Origin: Azolla caroliniana
Lineage: Eukaryota; Plantae; Polypodiophyta
Reading direction: 5' to 3'
Assembly (NCBI GenBank): GCA_043228905.1
Contig: JBHGNT010000017.1
Coordinates: forward strand, 7,192,001 to 7,256,000
Length of the DNA stretch: 64,000 nt
The position numbers and the translations under genes are program-made. The notes under the pieces are model-generated. The model made no database searches. It was not told where the DNA came from and saw nothing but the letters and a program-made list of their open reading frames with translations. Position 1 is the stretch's first letter, and the number at the start of each line of letters is the position of its first letter. Below, piece by piece: positions 13,246 to 26,279 of this stretch.

Positions 13246-16200
13246 ATGGCGACCTTGACACCAGGGGTACTTGTGAAGCTTTTCCAACACGTAAATTCTG
13301 ATGTGAAGATAGCAGGGGAGCACAGGTCGACCCTGTTACAGGTGATAGAGATTCTGCCTGCATTGGAAGCAGGGGGGGACGAGCTATGGCCCAACCGGGG
13401 CTTCTTGGTGAAGGTCTCCGATTCCTCGCACTCGGCTTTCGTGGCGGTGGGCGAGGAACACAGCGATCTCATATTCAGCGATAAGCTTCAGCTAGGGCAG
13501 TTCATCCATGTGGACAGGCTTGAATCCTCTGGTCCAGTTCTAGGCCAGAGAAGGACTGATCGGGATCGTGCTTCTGTCCCGATCCTACGCGGTGTCCGGC
13601 CATTACCCGGAAGGCACCCTTGCATCGGGACACCCGAAGAGCTTGTCCTCACAGGTGCCATGCTCCCATGGACACAGCAGCAGAATGGTGCCCGACCAAT
13701 GATGGCCGGCGGTACCCGCATCAATTCTACGCGCTTCCATGCCACTGCCAATGAGAATGGGGCAGTTCTTGATCCCTTATCCAATGTCCCAGAGACCGGG
13801 AGGAATCGGCCGTGCTCTGATGCTCCTGGAGGATCTGCGCATTCGAATTCGGATGCATCGATTCCGCCGGCAAATTGCTCCACAAAAACTACATCGAAGA
13901 ATCCATCAGGTAATCACTCGACGAATGCTAGTTGTGTCAATGACCCCCCTTCCACTCATTCTCTCTCTCGCTCTTCGGATCGAGGAAGCACACCCATTGT
14001 AACTTCTGCTTCATCATCATCATCATCATCTTCTTCTTCTTCTTCTTTTTCTTCTTCACCCCGTATAGCGAGATCGAGCTCGTCGGTGTCTGTGCGAGAT
14101 AACATTCACTACAAATCTGCTACTACATTGCTCCACAATTCGGGCATCCGTAACAATCAGGGTCTCGACTCTGAAATAGACAGCAAAAAGACTCACCCGG
14201 TCAAGTCCTCGCCATCATCAATCTCCACAGTGAAGCATCCACGCGGGGGAACCGAAAGTCCGGTTTCAAATAGCAGTAAACCCCCTCCTCCTACACATTC
14301 TTCTTCATTAAACACAGGCAGTGTTATGTCGAGTGACCGCCACCATTCGACAACTAATAGTATGAATAGCAAATTTAATTTAACCTGTCCGAACCCCAGA
14401 TCCATTAAACCAAAAGTTGGGGAGCTTCTTGCTGTCAGTGCAAAAACCTTGAGGAAAAGTTGGGAAGGGGGGCCGGTCGGGATAAAAGAGTTCAAAGAAA
14501 GATTAGGGAGCCCGGCAAAGACGAGGATGTCACCATTGCGCACACCCCAAGCTGTTGCTGCTACTTCTGTAAGTCAATAATTTCCTTTTTAATTTTGGCG
14601 ATGGAATATGCTGATCGGCATTTCGATATGTAACATATAGGTTCAATTCCTTCTATGAGGTGCTTTATAATCTTGGAACTTTTGTGTCTTAGATGTGTAT
14701 TTGTCTCCAGTTTAAACTCCTTCCTACAATGGATTATAATGCTTCAGTATTTTATATACTTGTGAGGTTGTGGGGGTCTGCTCTATCTTGCCCATATGGT
14801 TTGACTGTTTTAACTATGCTTTTCTCATAATAGGAGAAAACCTTGAGAAAAGTAACCAATGTGCCGAAATTAGAGAAAGATTCTGCTGCGAAACCAGATT
14901 TGAAACTTGTTGAATTGGTGAAATCCAACATAGTTAAGAGGCCTTCTACCCCTGTGAAGAAACCTGGCTCAGTTTCGGCTTCTGATTCGATAGAGCTTAC
15001 AGAAAAACTGATAAGGGCCCCTGTTCACAGCAAAAGGTTTACTGATGGAAGCGTTAGCTGGGATTGTCTCTCACCTGATCTAGTGATGCTTGGAAATGTA
15101 CGAAAAAACCTTTAACTTTGAATCTCTCTTGTTTTACTGCTTATAATATCTCTTGTTGACAATATATTTGGCCTATATATATGTATGTATGTATATCAGG
15201 AGGTTCTGCGTAGAAGAAATGCGGCCTCATTGGCTGCCTCGGAGGCACTAAAGGAAGCATCTGCTGCTGAAAGCATCATTCGGAGCCTAAGGTATCAAAT
15301 AGTTTCCTTAAAGAAAATTCCTTTATATTTATTTGCATTATCTGTCATGTTCATGGGGAAGTTCTTTGATTTTGATCAAGAAGTCTAAGAACCACCTATG
15401 GTATATTGAGACAAAGACATGAAGTATGCATTCGTTCTCATCCTGCCTTTTTGTAAACTTCGGGTTTTCCAATAATGTTGTGACTCTATTCTCATTTGCC
15501 ATACTATCGAGATTGTGAGATCACAGATATTGTTTCTATTTGTTAATTGTGTTTTCTCCGAAGTGCATCATATAGAGGTTGGTGTATCAAAATTTTCATC
15601 CATATTCCTTTAAAGACATTCTATGCACATCCTTTGTAGATATTACCTTTTTTGTTCATTCTTTCTTGGTTTCTTTGTGAGCTTTTAGCTATAGGATTTT
15701 ACTATACATATGGTATGACATTTAAGTTTCAGGCATTAAGTACTTGCTCATTCATTATATCTTACAGTATGTTTTCGGAGCTCCGCTCTTCAGCAAAGAG
15801 GGAACATCCACAATCATCAGTCGAGCAGTTTCTTGACCTACGGCAAGTACTTGAAAGGGCGACAGCTGTTGCGGATGCATTGGCTGGGATGGATAGATTA
15901 AGCAAAGAGCCACTACTAGATGTAGAAGAACATCCTTTAGATTTGACTGAGGAACTCCGAAGACTCTATTTAGAGAAAGCAAAACGGGCAAATCTATGGG
16001 TGGGTGCAGCTCTTTCAACTGATTTGGCGTCTTTTACGGTTATGATGAAGCAAGTAAATGGTTCCACCTCCACGAAGGCAGCATCGTCAAAAAAAGAAGG
16101 TTCGAAAGGGACTTCCCCTAGTCAGTACATGTTAGTGCTAGAAAAAGGTTCAATGGAAGTCAAAGGCACATCACTTGGCTTGAGTAAGAAAAGCACATCA

Positions 16201-16797
16201 TCAGGAAAAGGACCAAAAGGAAATGAAAGTGGGAATGGCCATGTAAATGGAAACGGAGAGGGTCATGGCAATAGTAATGGAAATGGAAATGGAAATGGAA
16301 AGGTGCAATCTGATCGAGATGCAAAATCGAATATAAATATGCCGAAAATCTCAGTCCGACGGCTTAGCAATGGGACACCTACTAAATCATCAAATATGAA
16401 GTCTTCCAAGAAGGACACGCCTATCACTATTAGTCAGGCACCAGAGAAAGAAGCTGTCAGTTGGGTGAAAGGTAGTTGTTTGCGGAATATTTCAGATCTT
16501 GCAAACAATCTTCAAGCTGAATCTCGGACGTGGTTTCTAGAGTTCCTAGAAGGTGCGCTCGATTGTGGTTTCCAAGTATCTCTACAACAAGACAATGGAC
16601 AAATTGCTGCAATGCTATCACAGTTGAAAAGAGTAAATGATTGGCTTGATCATGTGAATTCTAGTACTAATGGAGCAGTTAGCAATGAAGTCAATTTGTC
16701 AGAGACCGTTGCTCGTCTGAAACAAAAAATTTACGAATTTCTTCTTCAGCATGTAGAATCAGCTGCACTTGCACTCGAAAATCAAGTGAATGTATGA
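13246..16797 (+). CDS. CORD: DUF936 / CORD (CORTICAL MICROTUBULE DISORDERING)-family protein, about 902 aa; exons 13246-14568, 14834-15097, 15200-15291, 15768-16797
   Basis: N-terminus [12 protein letters not shown]...[10 protein letters not shown]...[17 protein letters not shown]...[14 protein letters not shown]-terminal W..FLE.ALD and [13 protein letters not shown]...[18 protein letters not shown]. All introns are GT-AG with consistent phase (0, 0, 2). Confidence 0.93.
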
Positions 16798-19700
16798 TTA
16801 CACAAAGATGGAATGTATAGAGAAAATTATGAGTTTTTTCCATTCACCATGGAGCAGAGTTGATTTTGCATCGTGCAAAACATATAACGCCAGTGGTGTC
16901 TTATGGTGGATCATGAGGACAGTATTGCCATACTAGGGGTCAAGGGTGACCTTTCAGGTGTGAACTTACCAGCAATATAGCTTATAGCTAATAAAGCTAA
17001 GAGAAGCAGAAGCTTCTTTTCTCTATTATGGGCAAAGGGGCTTATCTCATGAAAACTCGATGGTTGGGATGCGAATCTAATCGGCATTTCTTCTGGTGTT
17101 CTTACATGGAGATACATACGATTGCTGAATGAATGCTGAAGTGATCGAGTATTTTCCGAACGAAGTCGAATAATATGAAGATCACTAAGAAGAAAGGTTA
17201 CTTAAAGAAGTTAATGCTATTAAATGAAAGCACAGTTGAGCATTTGCGCAGTGCTAGCTAGTGTCAATTCTGTTGGGCTTTGGAGGACACTTTGCTGAAC
17301 AGTGATCATGCATGTGTCTCGTCACAACTCAATTTCAAATGCCCATCTTTTTGTTGGGCAGCTCCATTTACAAGGTGCCTTCAGTTCCAGCTAGAAGACT
17401 TTGTAATGGAAAAAACCATCATCATTCATGTCTCACTCAATATTATACAGTATGTCAACCAAAGGAAATCAATGGAAAATCAGGAGAAAAACACAAAACA
17501 TTTACCACATATCAAAGTGGACCACACATATAGTCATACAATTTTTTACTTGTCATAGACAAATACATCTTGCTGTAAAAAGGCTACGCGTTTAGGCAAT
17601 TTGTTGCATGCAAGAAAAACAAAAGCATACAATACAAGTGTACATTCATATTCAATGTTAATAGCCATTTGCGTTTGAATGTTTCTTTTTTATGGTTGCC
17701 GATGATGTTTATTGCAGAATTCAGAAGCAATCTTTACATGACCCCTGATGAAGGGCAAACTTGAAAAACTTAAAAAGGTATTTTTTGGAATGAGCTCGAT
17801 TCGATTTTGGCACTTTTTTAACTACTGTCCTTGTAATTTTCATTTGTAAATTTTGCTTTGTTGGAACATTTACTGTTAATTCTAGAGGTTTCATGTGCTA
17901 TATCCTATTCCCCAAGCACCGGCTACTACTGCACCATCACAATGTGAACTAAGTAACAAAAAATGAATGGCATTTGGTATCTTTAGACTAAAAGATTGGG
18001 GTGGGGGTGTCCATGAAGCTCTCAAAGATTGGTATCATCATTCATAGCCAGGTTATAGAATCCTTGGATTTATATTGTCTTCGTTTGTCGTGTTGTGGAG
18101 ATGAAATGCAGCCACAATCGTCTGTTCTTTATGAATGCATTGGGGTGTTATGCTTTCACTCCAAAGCATTCATAATGGATGTAACATCAATTCCAGTTCT
18201 GTGCACTTGCAGTCACAATGGTGATTTTTGCGAAGCACAATCACTAATAAATAGATCATTACTTTTCCATATGGATCTGAATGTTAAAAATTCAATAAGG
18301 TAGGGTAATGCGTCTAGAAGAAAATTATGCATCTAGAATCTCCCGTGGCGGTTTATGTTTTGATGCTCTCCCATTGCGTTTCTGCATATGTCTTGCTTCG
18401 ATTCCTTTTACTTTACTCTTGTCATTCATTGAGTCTTTTGTTACTCCTTTGACTTTCAAGAAGATTCTAACCTCTGGATTAACAGTCTTCTAAACTTCTT
18501 CTCGCAAAATGTTGTCAAAATTACTTCGAAGGAATTTCAAATTTAGACCAAACAAGAAAACAACTAACTTCCTTCCAAAAAACAAAAGCAGAACATAGAT
18601 GGAGCATGTTTCCTCTTGATAATACAATCATAACCACTCCTCCATACTCAAATTTCTAGATTTGTATTGAAAAATGACTTCGTAGTTCAACTTGGAATTT
18701 AAGTTCGCTCATCTTGGCATCCAAACTTCAACAATTTGGCATGCTTAATGTTGGAATGTATGCCAGTTAAAAAACAAGATAGGCTTCGACATATAATTAC
18801 CCATCAAATGTTTAACATCAACTATGATATCAAGTATTATTTACTCTTATGTCAATGATTTGTTACTCTTATATCTATTTCTTGTGTACGAATTATCTTT
18901 ATTTTGAGGTTTGTAATTGAGCAATCATTGTGATCAAGTTATTGTAATATAATTTGTCCAATTATATTTTCACGTTATTCTTGTACATTGAGCATGATAG
19001 TGCTTTACATGTGAAAATAACATTGTAAAGAACTATAAGTGAATATGCAGTACAACCATTTTCCCAATAATGATCATTGATAATGATTCAGTATGAGATT
19101 TGATACTTGAAATTTGTTGTAAATGTTAAACAAAAAACTTGATACACAACACAAATTAATATTTAATAAAAAAACTTAATAAATTGAGATTCCATAGGAG
19201 CATTGATTTATCTCACTTGAACCTCACAATCAACATTGGCAACAAAGAGGTTTGAAGGTCCTACTTAATACTAGACTATATCATGAAGATGGTAATGGTG
19301 AAGGAGGTTCATACCTTGTTGTGGAGACGCAATATATTAAACGAATATTTTGTTGTCATTGAGAACGAGAACCTTGTGTTCGTTTTTTCTATCATGTGAT
19401 AGAAATTAAATGATTGTTAATATATGGAAACGTGATAGAAATTAAACGGTGTTAATGTACAAAAAGGGACCTCTTAAATTAGAAGAGCAAGTCTAGTCCT
19501 TGATAGAAGTTCTTTGTACTCATTCACACGAACTATATGAACAAGCTAAAATTTTGTTATAGTAGAGAATTTGAATTTAGGACAATGCTCTTAAACCAAC
19601 TGGAGTTAATTCAGATACACAATTGGTTTTGCCCTCGTTGTTCACATCAAGTTTCATAGTATACACAATCATATAAAATGGTACACCTATAATTAGTGAT

Positions 19701-22700
19701 AAATGGGTGCAATTAGGACAAGTATATGAGAGAATATAGAAAGAGTGAACGATCGGATGATAAAAACCTAAATAATAACATCAAAAGAACTCAAAAAATA
19801 AGCAAAAGATTATATGGAAATTGAATGAAGAGAGAGGTTTAGATTCACAACGAAAATCAAGGAAAGGGTTTAAACAATGTTTTTGTTTAATAAGAAATTT
19901 CTATGATGCAAACATGCATTCATGGTTAGTCCTTGAAGAAAGAATATTAATTATCTTTCGTTCTCCCATCATTTCTGTTGGCGAGAAAGGATCACCACTT
20001 TTTGTTCTGATTGATTGTTTACGTACAATCCAACGATAGACAAACGTAAAAATGTAAAGAAAATCTACCACAATGTGTAAATACATCATCATTGATAATG
20101 ACATATAAGTTTCTACTCAAGAAATATATTCAAACAACACAAAATATTTCAATTTGTACACTGTGGAAACAATCTTAGGTAGTGCCGCGTGCGTGTAAAT
20201 GTCTTTAGGGACGCGTTTAATAAATCCATTGATGTGGTGAAAGTGACCAATATTCTTATCTTTCTACAACATTTGTGCTTTATTATTGGATATATATACA
20301 TAACACTTGATCTTCTCTATCTTTTGATGAACCACATATGTAGTTCATGCATGGTACAAAGTCCCTAGGATATATGGATAGCTCGGTTCTCATCATGATT
20401 ATACCTTCCCTAGCTCATGTGCTTGCCCTCCTATAACCATATTTCATAGCATGGGCCAACCCTTCATAAATTCCACAACCTTATCAAGTTTCCTAACTTT
20501 GTTAATTAGGTAATTTGATGTATAGTGAAATATGTTAAGGATGAGCTTATTACTATGACATAATACACTATATTAAGGCAAATTTTTTAGCTTGGGTAAA
20601 TTCACATAATATAAAGAAAATGAGTTATAAACATGGGTATCATTAGCCATCAAATCACTAGATCCTTAAAAACAATGATGAGTTGTGCACCTAGCAACTT
20701 TAAATCCCCAACTTTAGCCCATACATACTTGATTATCACCACATATAGATTAAATCCACCATGTACATGTGGATGAAGGTGCTGAATATAATGACCGTAA
20801 TCAATATCCCACAAGAGTAGGTGTAGAAACTGAAAATGTCATGATTTGGCAAGAAGTTTAATTGATGAGAAGCAGTAAGGATTCTCATCATCTAAATAAA
20901 CTACTCTTGAGCAAAAGAAAACATATATGCTATCAAAATAACATATGTAATGTGCAAGAAATTCTCCATAGATTGTATGAGTAGGCATTGTTTCAAGGAA
21001 ATCTCATATGAATCTTGATTTCCTCAAGGAAGTCTTTCGATGAGATTGATTAGATCAAACAAAATTAAATCAATATAAGGTCCATTGTACAATTCATTGT
21101 TAGATTAGTCAAATGTGGGATGACCATATTACAATAAAATTTAGAAGGGGACTATGTGAAGCGAGTTTGTAGATATCCATTGAAAACTCTAAATTACAGG
21201 TACAATCGACAAAGTATGGCAAGTACATGAATACAAGAATACACACATTAACAAGGTATGTGAAGGGGTCAATGTGGCCTAGGAAAATCACAATTCCAGA
21301 ATCGAGAATACAACAAATGTTTAGAATTAATATATCAATTTTACTTTAGAATTACATTTCTGAAAATCTTGAAAATGTTATTTTGGACATTGAAATTTGC
21401 CCCTCAAGGAAGGAGAAGAGAACATTTTAGTATTAAGAAAAGCTTCCATAAGATAAAGATAATTCACTTCAACACAACTTGCATGACCATAAATTTGTTG
21501 GAATTACAACCCTTGCAATCCGGGGTAAACCTTCCAGGACATTTTTGAAAAAGATTAGAATGCCCTTGACTCATGTATTGTGTGTTTTTAGCACGAAAAA
21601 TCAATCTACCACCCAAACTTTGTTAGATTTTGCCTCTATAAAAATCTAAATCCTTGCATATTTACTTCGTTTCTTTATTTTAATGATTAAAATATATAAT
21701 ATGCATATTTTCTTCTTGTTTGATTCATGATAAATGAACCTACTATCATTTCAACTATTAAGTATACATAGTTCATGATTTCTTTGATGACCTCACCTTT
21801 GCATCATAGTCTATAGACATCATCACCTAGACTTGGTGGGTCATTGATGTGAATGTTATTGGAACACCACAAGCATGGAAACTCTCCTTCCTTAGGATAC
21901 AAACAACGCTCGAGGTGCATCAAGTTCTAGGCACTATATCCCACCAAGAACAACCTACCCCCACCAACTTTACATGGATATCCCTTGACATGCACAATGA
22001 TCATCTTGACAAAAATTCCATGAAGAATGACTATTAAGAGTTTCCAAACTATGTTTGCATCCCTGAAGACTTCGTTGAAATCGTTCGAGGCCCCCAACAC
22101 ACTATCTAGCTTAAAGATAAATGGTTAAACTTTTCCTCAAAAGATTAAGTTCCAACTTGATGAAGCTTAGGGGCAAAGGGTCGTAATGTGCTCATCTTGT
22201 GTGATGACTACCTCAATGCCACCTTTCCTCAAACACCAGTAGCACAGGGGAGGGAATTGCATGCATGCAAGCAAGAAAGATAAGCAATGTCAATGAAAGA
22301 GCCTCGTAACAACTCCTACGATCACCTCTATTCCAAAGAAGACAAAAGTATCCAATATTATATATGATCTTTAGACATGGGTAGACTCATGGACTTGAGG
22401 ACCTTGTATAGACCTCGTATAGACATGTTTCATTGAAATTACGTGACATCTAAAGTTTATATACACCAAGTGTATTGATTGATTTGGTTGGCATTTTGGA
22501 GAGGAAGGCCTCTTGTGGAAATTATATGTAGTTCACATGGTGTGAAAGATTGGCTCATGGCATTGACACACATGACAACAATTTATTCCCCTAAACTATA
22601 CTTGGAGGTCGATAACTGTGGGTAGGGTTGTAGTCAAAAGCCAGTCGATCATGCATGCAATCCAGTCACCTGGTGCAACTACTGAGGTTCGATCCATCGG

Positions 22701-22890
22701 AGGCAAGGGATGTTAGACAATTACGTTCCATGGACAAAGCGAGGTTGGTCGACAGAGAGGAAGTTTGGCCCAGAACTGGTTGTAGTGGAGCAAGTTATAA
22801 GGTTGCTAGATCGGTAGGCATCCCAACACGACACTTAAGCTCTTCATCATGTTTGTGTTGGGACACGAGGGTTTAATAAAGCATGCATTT

Positions 22891-22908
22891 GGGGGACACG
22901 TGGCAAGG
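22891..22908 (+). promoter_or_regulatory. G-box/ABRE (GACACGTGGC) about 430 bp upstream of the AG-peptide ATG
   Basis: Exact ACGTGGC motif; function is inferred only. Confidence 0.35.
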
Positions 22909-23335
22909 CCCTACTAGACGGAAAGCCGAAAGGGCGGTGGAGGTCTTGGGTTCGAACCCAAGTCCTCCAAGCTTTTAAGGTAAAGAACAAAGAATTATTT
23001 TTTTTTAAAAAGGAAGAGAAAAAGCAAGTAGAGGGAGAAAAAAAGCAAAAGGAAATGGTGGATTTCCAGAAATGGAAACTCGTCTAAATTCGGATGCCTT
23101 TTTTGGGGTTTTATTTTTTTTAGTTTTTTAAAAATTGTTTTTCGCTTCTGAAATAAATAGAGCACAAACGAGGAAAAGAGAAGAGATAGAGAGAAATCGA
23201 ATTTCTTTTTATTATTTCAGAAATTAGAAAAAAACAAATACTTCTGTTTTTCTTCCTCTCTTCTGCTTCTGCTTCTGCTGTTGTCTGAGAATTTCCTTCT
23301 CTCTCTCTCTCTCTCTCTCGTTTCGATCGCTGGCT

Positions 23336-24291
23336 ATGGCTCCCTTCCGCGGATCCGCCCTTGCCTCCCTTCTCTTCTCTATCCTCTCCTTCTTCATACA
23401 CTTCATCGCTTCTGTTCAGGCACAAGCTCCTGCCCCTGCGCCGTATCCTTCGATCATCCCTTCTCCTCCTATTGCAGGCGATGGTAATGTCTCATCCTAT
23501 GTACTTCTCTTGCTTTCATCTCTGATTTTAATAAGGTTCTCCTAGATTACGTTGCGTATTCTTCTGAGTATACTAAAACTATCTGGAAACCCGAAGCTAT
23601 CATGTTCTTTTCGCATGTTTTTGTTTTTGAGAAACCCGAAATTATTTGTTATAAAACATTCCTTGTCATCTAGAAACCCTAAAATATGCATTATTTAACA
23701 TTCCTATATTAAATTATGTCGCATAAACATAATTTTCTCCGTTGTGAAGGAACCTGTAAATCTGTCTTTTTCACATGCTTAAGTTCTGTTAAGGAACGCT
23801 AGAAATGTCGCCGTTAGTCATGCACTTCTTTTTCTATTCCCTCATGGTTTCTCAAAAAATCTCGGTGCTATTCTCGTTCTGGTTCTCAGATTAAATTGAT
23901 GCGTTTATGTTGTTGATTCCTCTGCGAAATTTGGATATTTATGCGCGCAGAAACTTGAAGGCGTTTATCTTTTTTTGATCTTTCATAAATGCATTTTCAT
24001 CCGTGTATCTGAATCTTGAATTCTCGGGAGTTATCGTGATTTGATCTTATTGATTTTGCAGAAAAGTGTCGTACGTTGTTATCTTCTATCAATACTAACA
24101 TTCAATGTATTAATTTACCTTACTCTCTTCTTGATACACAGTTATAGCATGACTAACTTATCTTTCTGTTTCCTTAACCTTTTACAGGATCCAGTATCGA
24201 TCTCGGTGTTGCCTATACATTAATGTTCATGGCTTTAGTTCTCACATATCTCATGCACCCCATCGATGCGTTTCCTTTCAACTTATTTTAA
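23336..24291 (+). CDS. AGP20: Arabinogalactan peptide (AGP16/20/22/41 type, DUF1070), 83 aa; exons 23336-23483, 24188-24291
   Basis: Spliced protein has a signal peptide, QAPAPAP, then DG|SSIDLGVAYTLMFMALVLTYLMHPIDAFPFNLF, matching the SDGTSIDQGIAYLLM..ALVLTYLIH family motif. Phase-1 GT-AG intron. The symbol denotes the family, not proven orthology. Confidence 0.92.
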
Positions 24292-26279
24292 TTTCTAAGT
24301 ACATCCTCATCATTGCTTTCTTGATAATCTTGATTCAGATCTTCCTTCTATTTTGGTGACCATATTTGCCTTGTCTCACGAAAGGCTTATGGATGCGCCA
24401 GTCTTTTGCCTTCTTTATTTGTGTATGATCCTTGTGCATCAGAATCAGGTATTAGCTGCATGTAGTCACGTTGATCGTTAGATATGTTAGATGATCTGCA
24501 GTTACATTCTAGATGTATTCTTATAGATTGTAATCTATATTAACCTTAAATTGGTTATATTGCCAATGTATTTAAGCTTGAACTATGTATTTTGTGGATT
24601 GCTATTTAAAATATACTAGTATCTTGTCGATGCATTTTATCTCAAATATGTGTGTGTGAGAGAGAGACAGAGACAGAACTTCTCCCTACTGCAGTTTTTC
24701 TGAGATTGGAAGCTTCCATTAGTATCTCGTCAGTGTATTCAAATCTGTGAAAGTGACACTGTGGCATCTAATGCAAGTAGCTGCATATAGTGAGTTTTAA
24801 ATCCTCCTGCTTGGGCTAGTAAAACCTTGGTCCTACTTGCCACTGAAGTGGGAAAGACAGAGATATTTATGACACTTGAGACTAAGAATAGTTAAATTAC
24901 TAACAAAAGTTAGACAGATGTATATAAAAAAAAGGTGAAATTAAAAACAGAAAGATAGTTAAAAGTGATTTCCATTTCTGAGACTGATCATGTCCCACCA
25001 TTCTTTGGTTATACGGTCAAGTAAACGAGCAAAAACTAAATCGTGGGCAATGATCTTTTTATGTCACATCAAGGCAACGTGGGGACACAACACTACATTT
25101 TCCAATCACGTTCTATTTTCAATGTGCGAGTGTTTGCGGCCATTAGTGTAGTATGCATATCATGCTCTCTTGGCCATGGGTGTTTGGATGTGGGCTTGGG
25201 AATCGGGCAACTAATGGTCCTCGGAATTGTGATACTATTGCAAGTTGACTTGGATGTTGGGTGGTTATCCTCTTTGTGTGGTTACATGAGAGGAGCTTAG
25301 AGCATATCGAAGACATGACTCCATGTCTTCATTTTACGCTAAGCTCTACATACACATCTAAATGTTCAACATGCTACTTTGTAAAGGATGTCTTGATGAC
25401 TTGAATCCAATTTGGGCACAAAACAATAAGTTGGCCTACGAATTTTTGGAAGCCTTACCCGTAAGGGCATCTAGTGTTGTTCTCTAACCCCTAAACGATG
25501 ACATAGATATATTTTCTATTTCCTCTATATCCATTTTGGGCTCGTTGAATGTGTTGCCTTTTCGTGCATGAATTCCATGGACCATAAAGTAGAGTTTGCA
25601 TAGCATATGCATCAAATACAATTGATGTTATGCTCATTTAATGAGTTGGGATCTAAATTCTTGTTTGTGTGTAAATAATAGCGTGGGAAGCTCGTAGACA
25701 TGACTGGCTCAGCCGGATAGCAACAAAAATAGAATGAAGGTTGAATGGAAAGCTTCGGAGTACACAGAGTACGCAGGAGAGACAAGAGAGAGAGCAAAAC
25801 ACAAAAAACTCAATTTCAAAATGATACTTTGTAAAAGTTGTACATCGAATGTGCTCAGAGAGCACTTTCATACAAGTCCTTAAAGGACTAACAAAAGTAT
25901 TGACATATACTTTAATGCTCATAAATGAGCGACTGACATTAACTCCTAAAACTATGCCTATCTACTAGGCTAGGATCATAGGCCTCTAACGGCCTACCGG
26001 TTACACACAGATCCGGACACCGGTTCGGCTCTTCTTCTCGGGGCCTAGCTGTTCGGTCTTTATTTGAACCGGGTCTTGGCTTGTTAAGTCGATCTGGCCC
26101 ATGTTGCGCTTGTCCGCTCAACACTCCCCCTCAAGCTCAACTTGAGGTTGGATTGTAGTGTCAGTTGTTGCCGGTCCTTGCCTCCGACTTCTCCTGGTGT
26201 CTTCACACCTCGATTGTGCTCCTCAACCTATCCGGCCCCGCTTTCCACGACCCGTTTGGTTCCGCGCACCTTGACCTTC

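Noticed and set aside
12377-13472. ORFs rich in SLSLSL, ERERER, poly-L, poly-F or poly-S
   Set aside because: They are translations of TC, GAA and TATG microsatellites.
17200-22600. Short ORFs in the AT-rich intergenic region (also 42100-46000)
   Set aside because: No recognisable domains or exon structure; probably old repeat debris.
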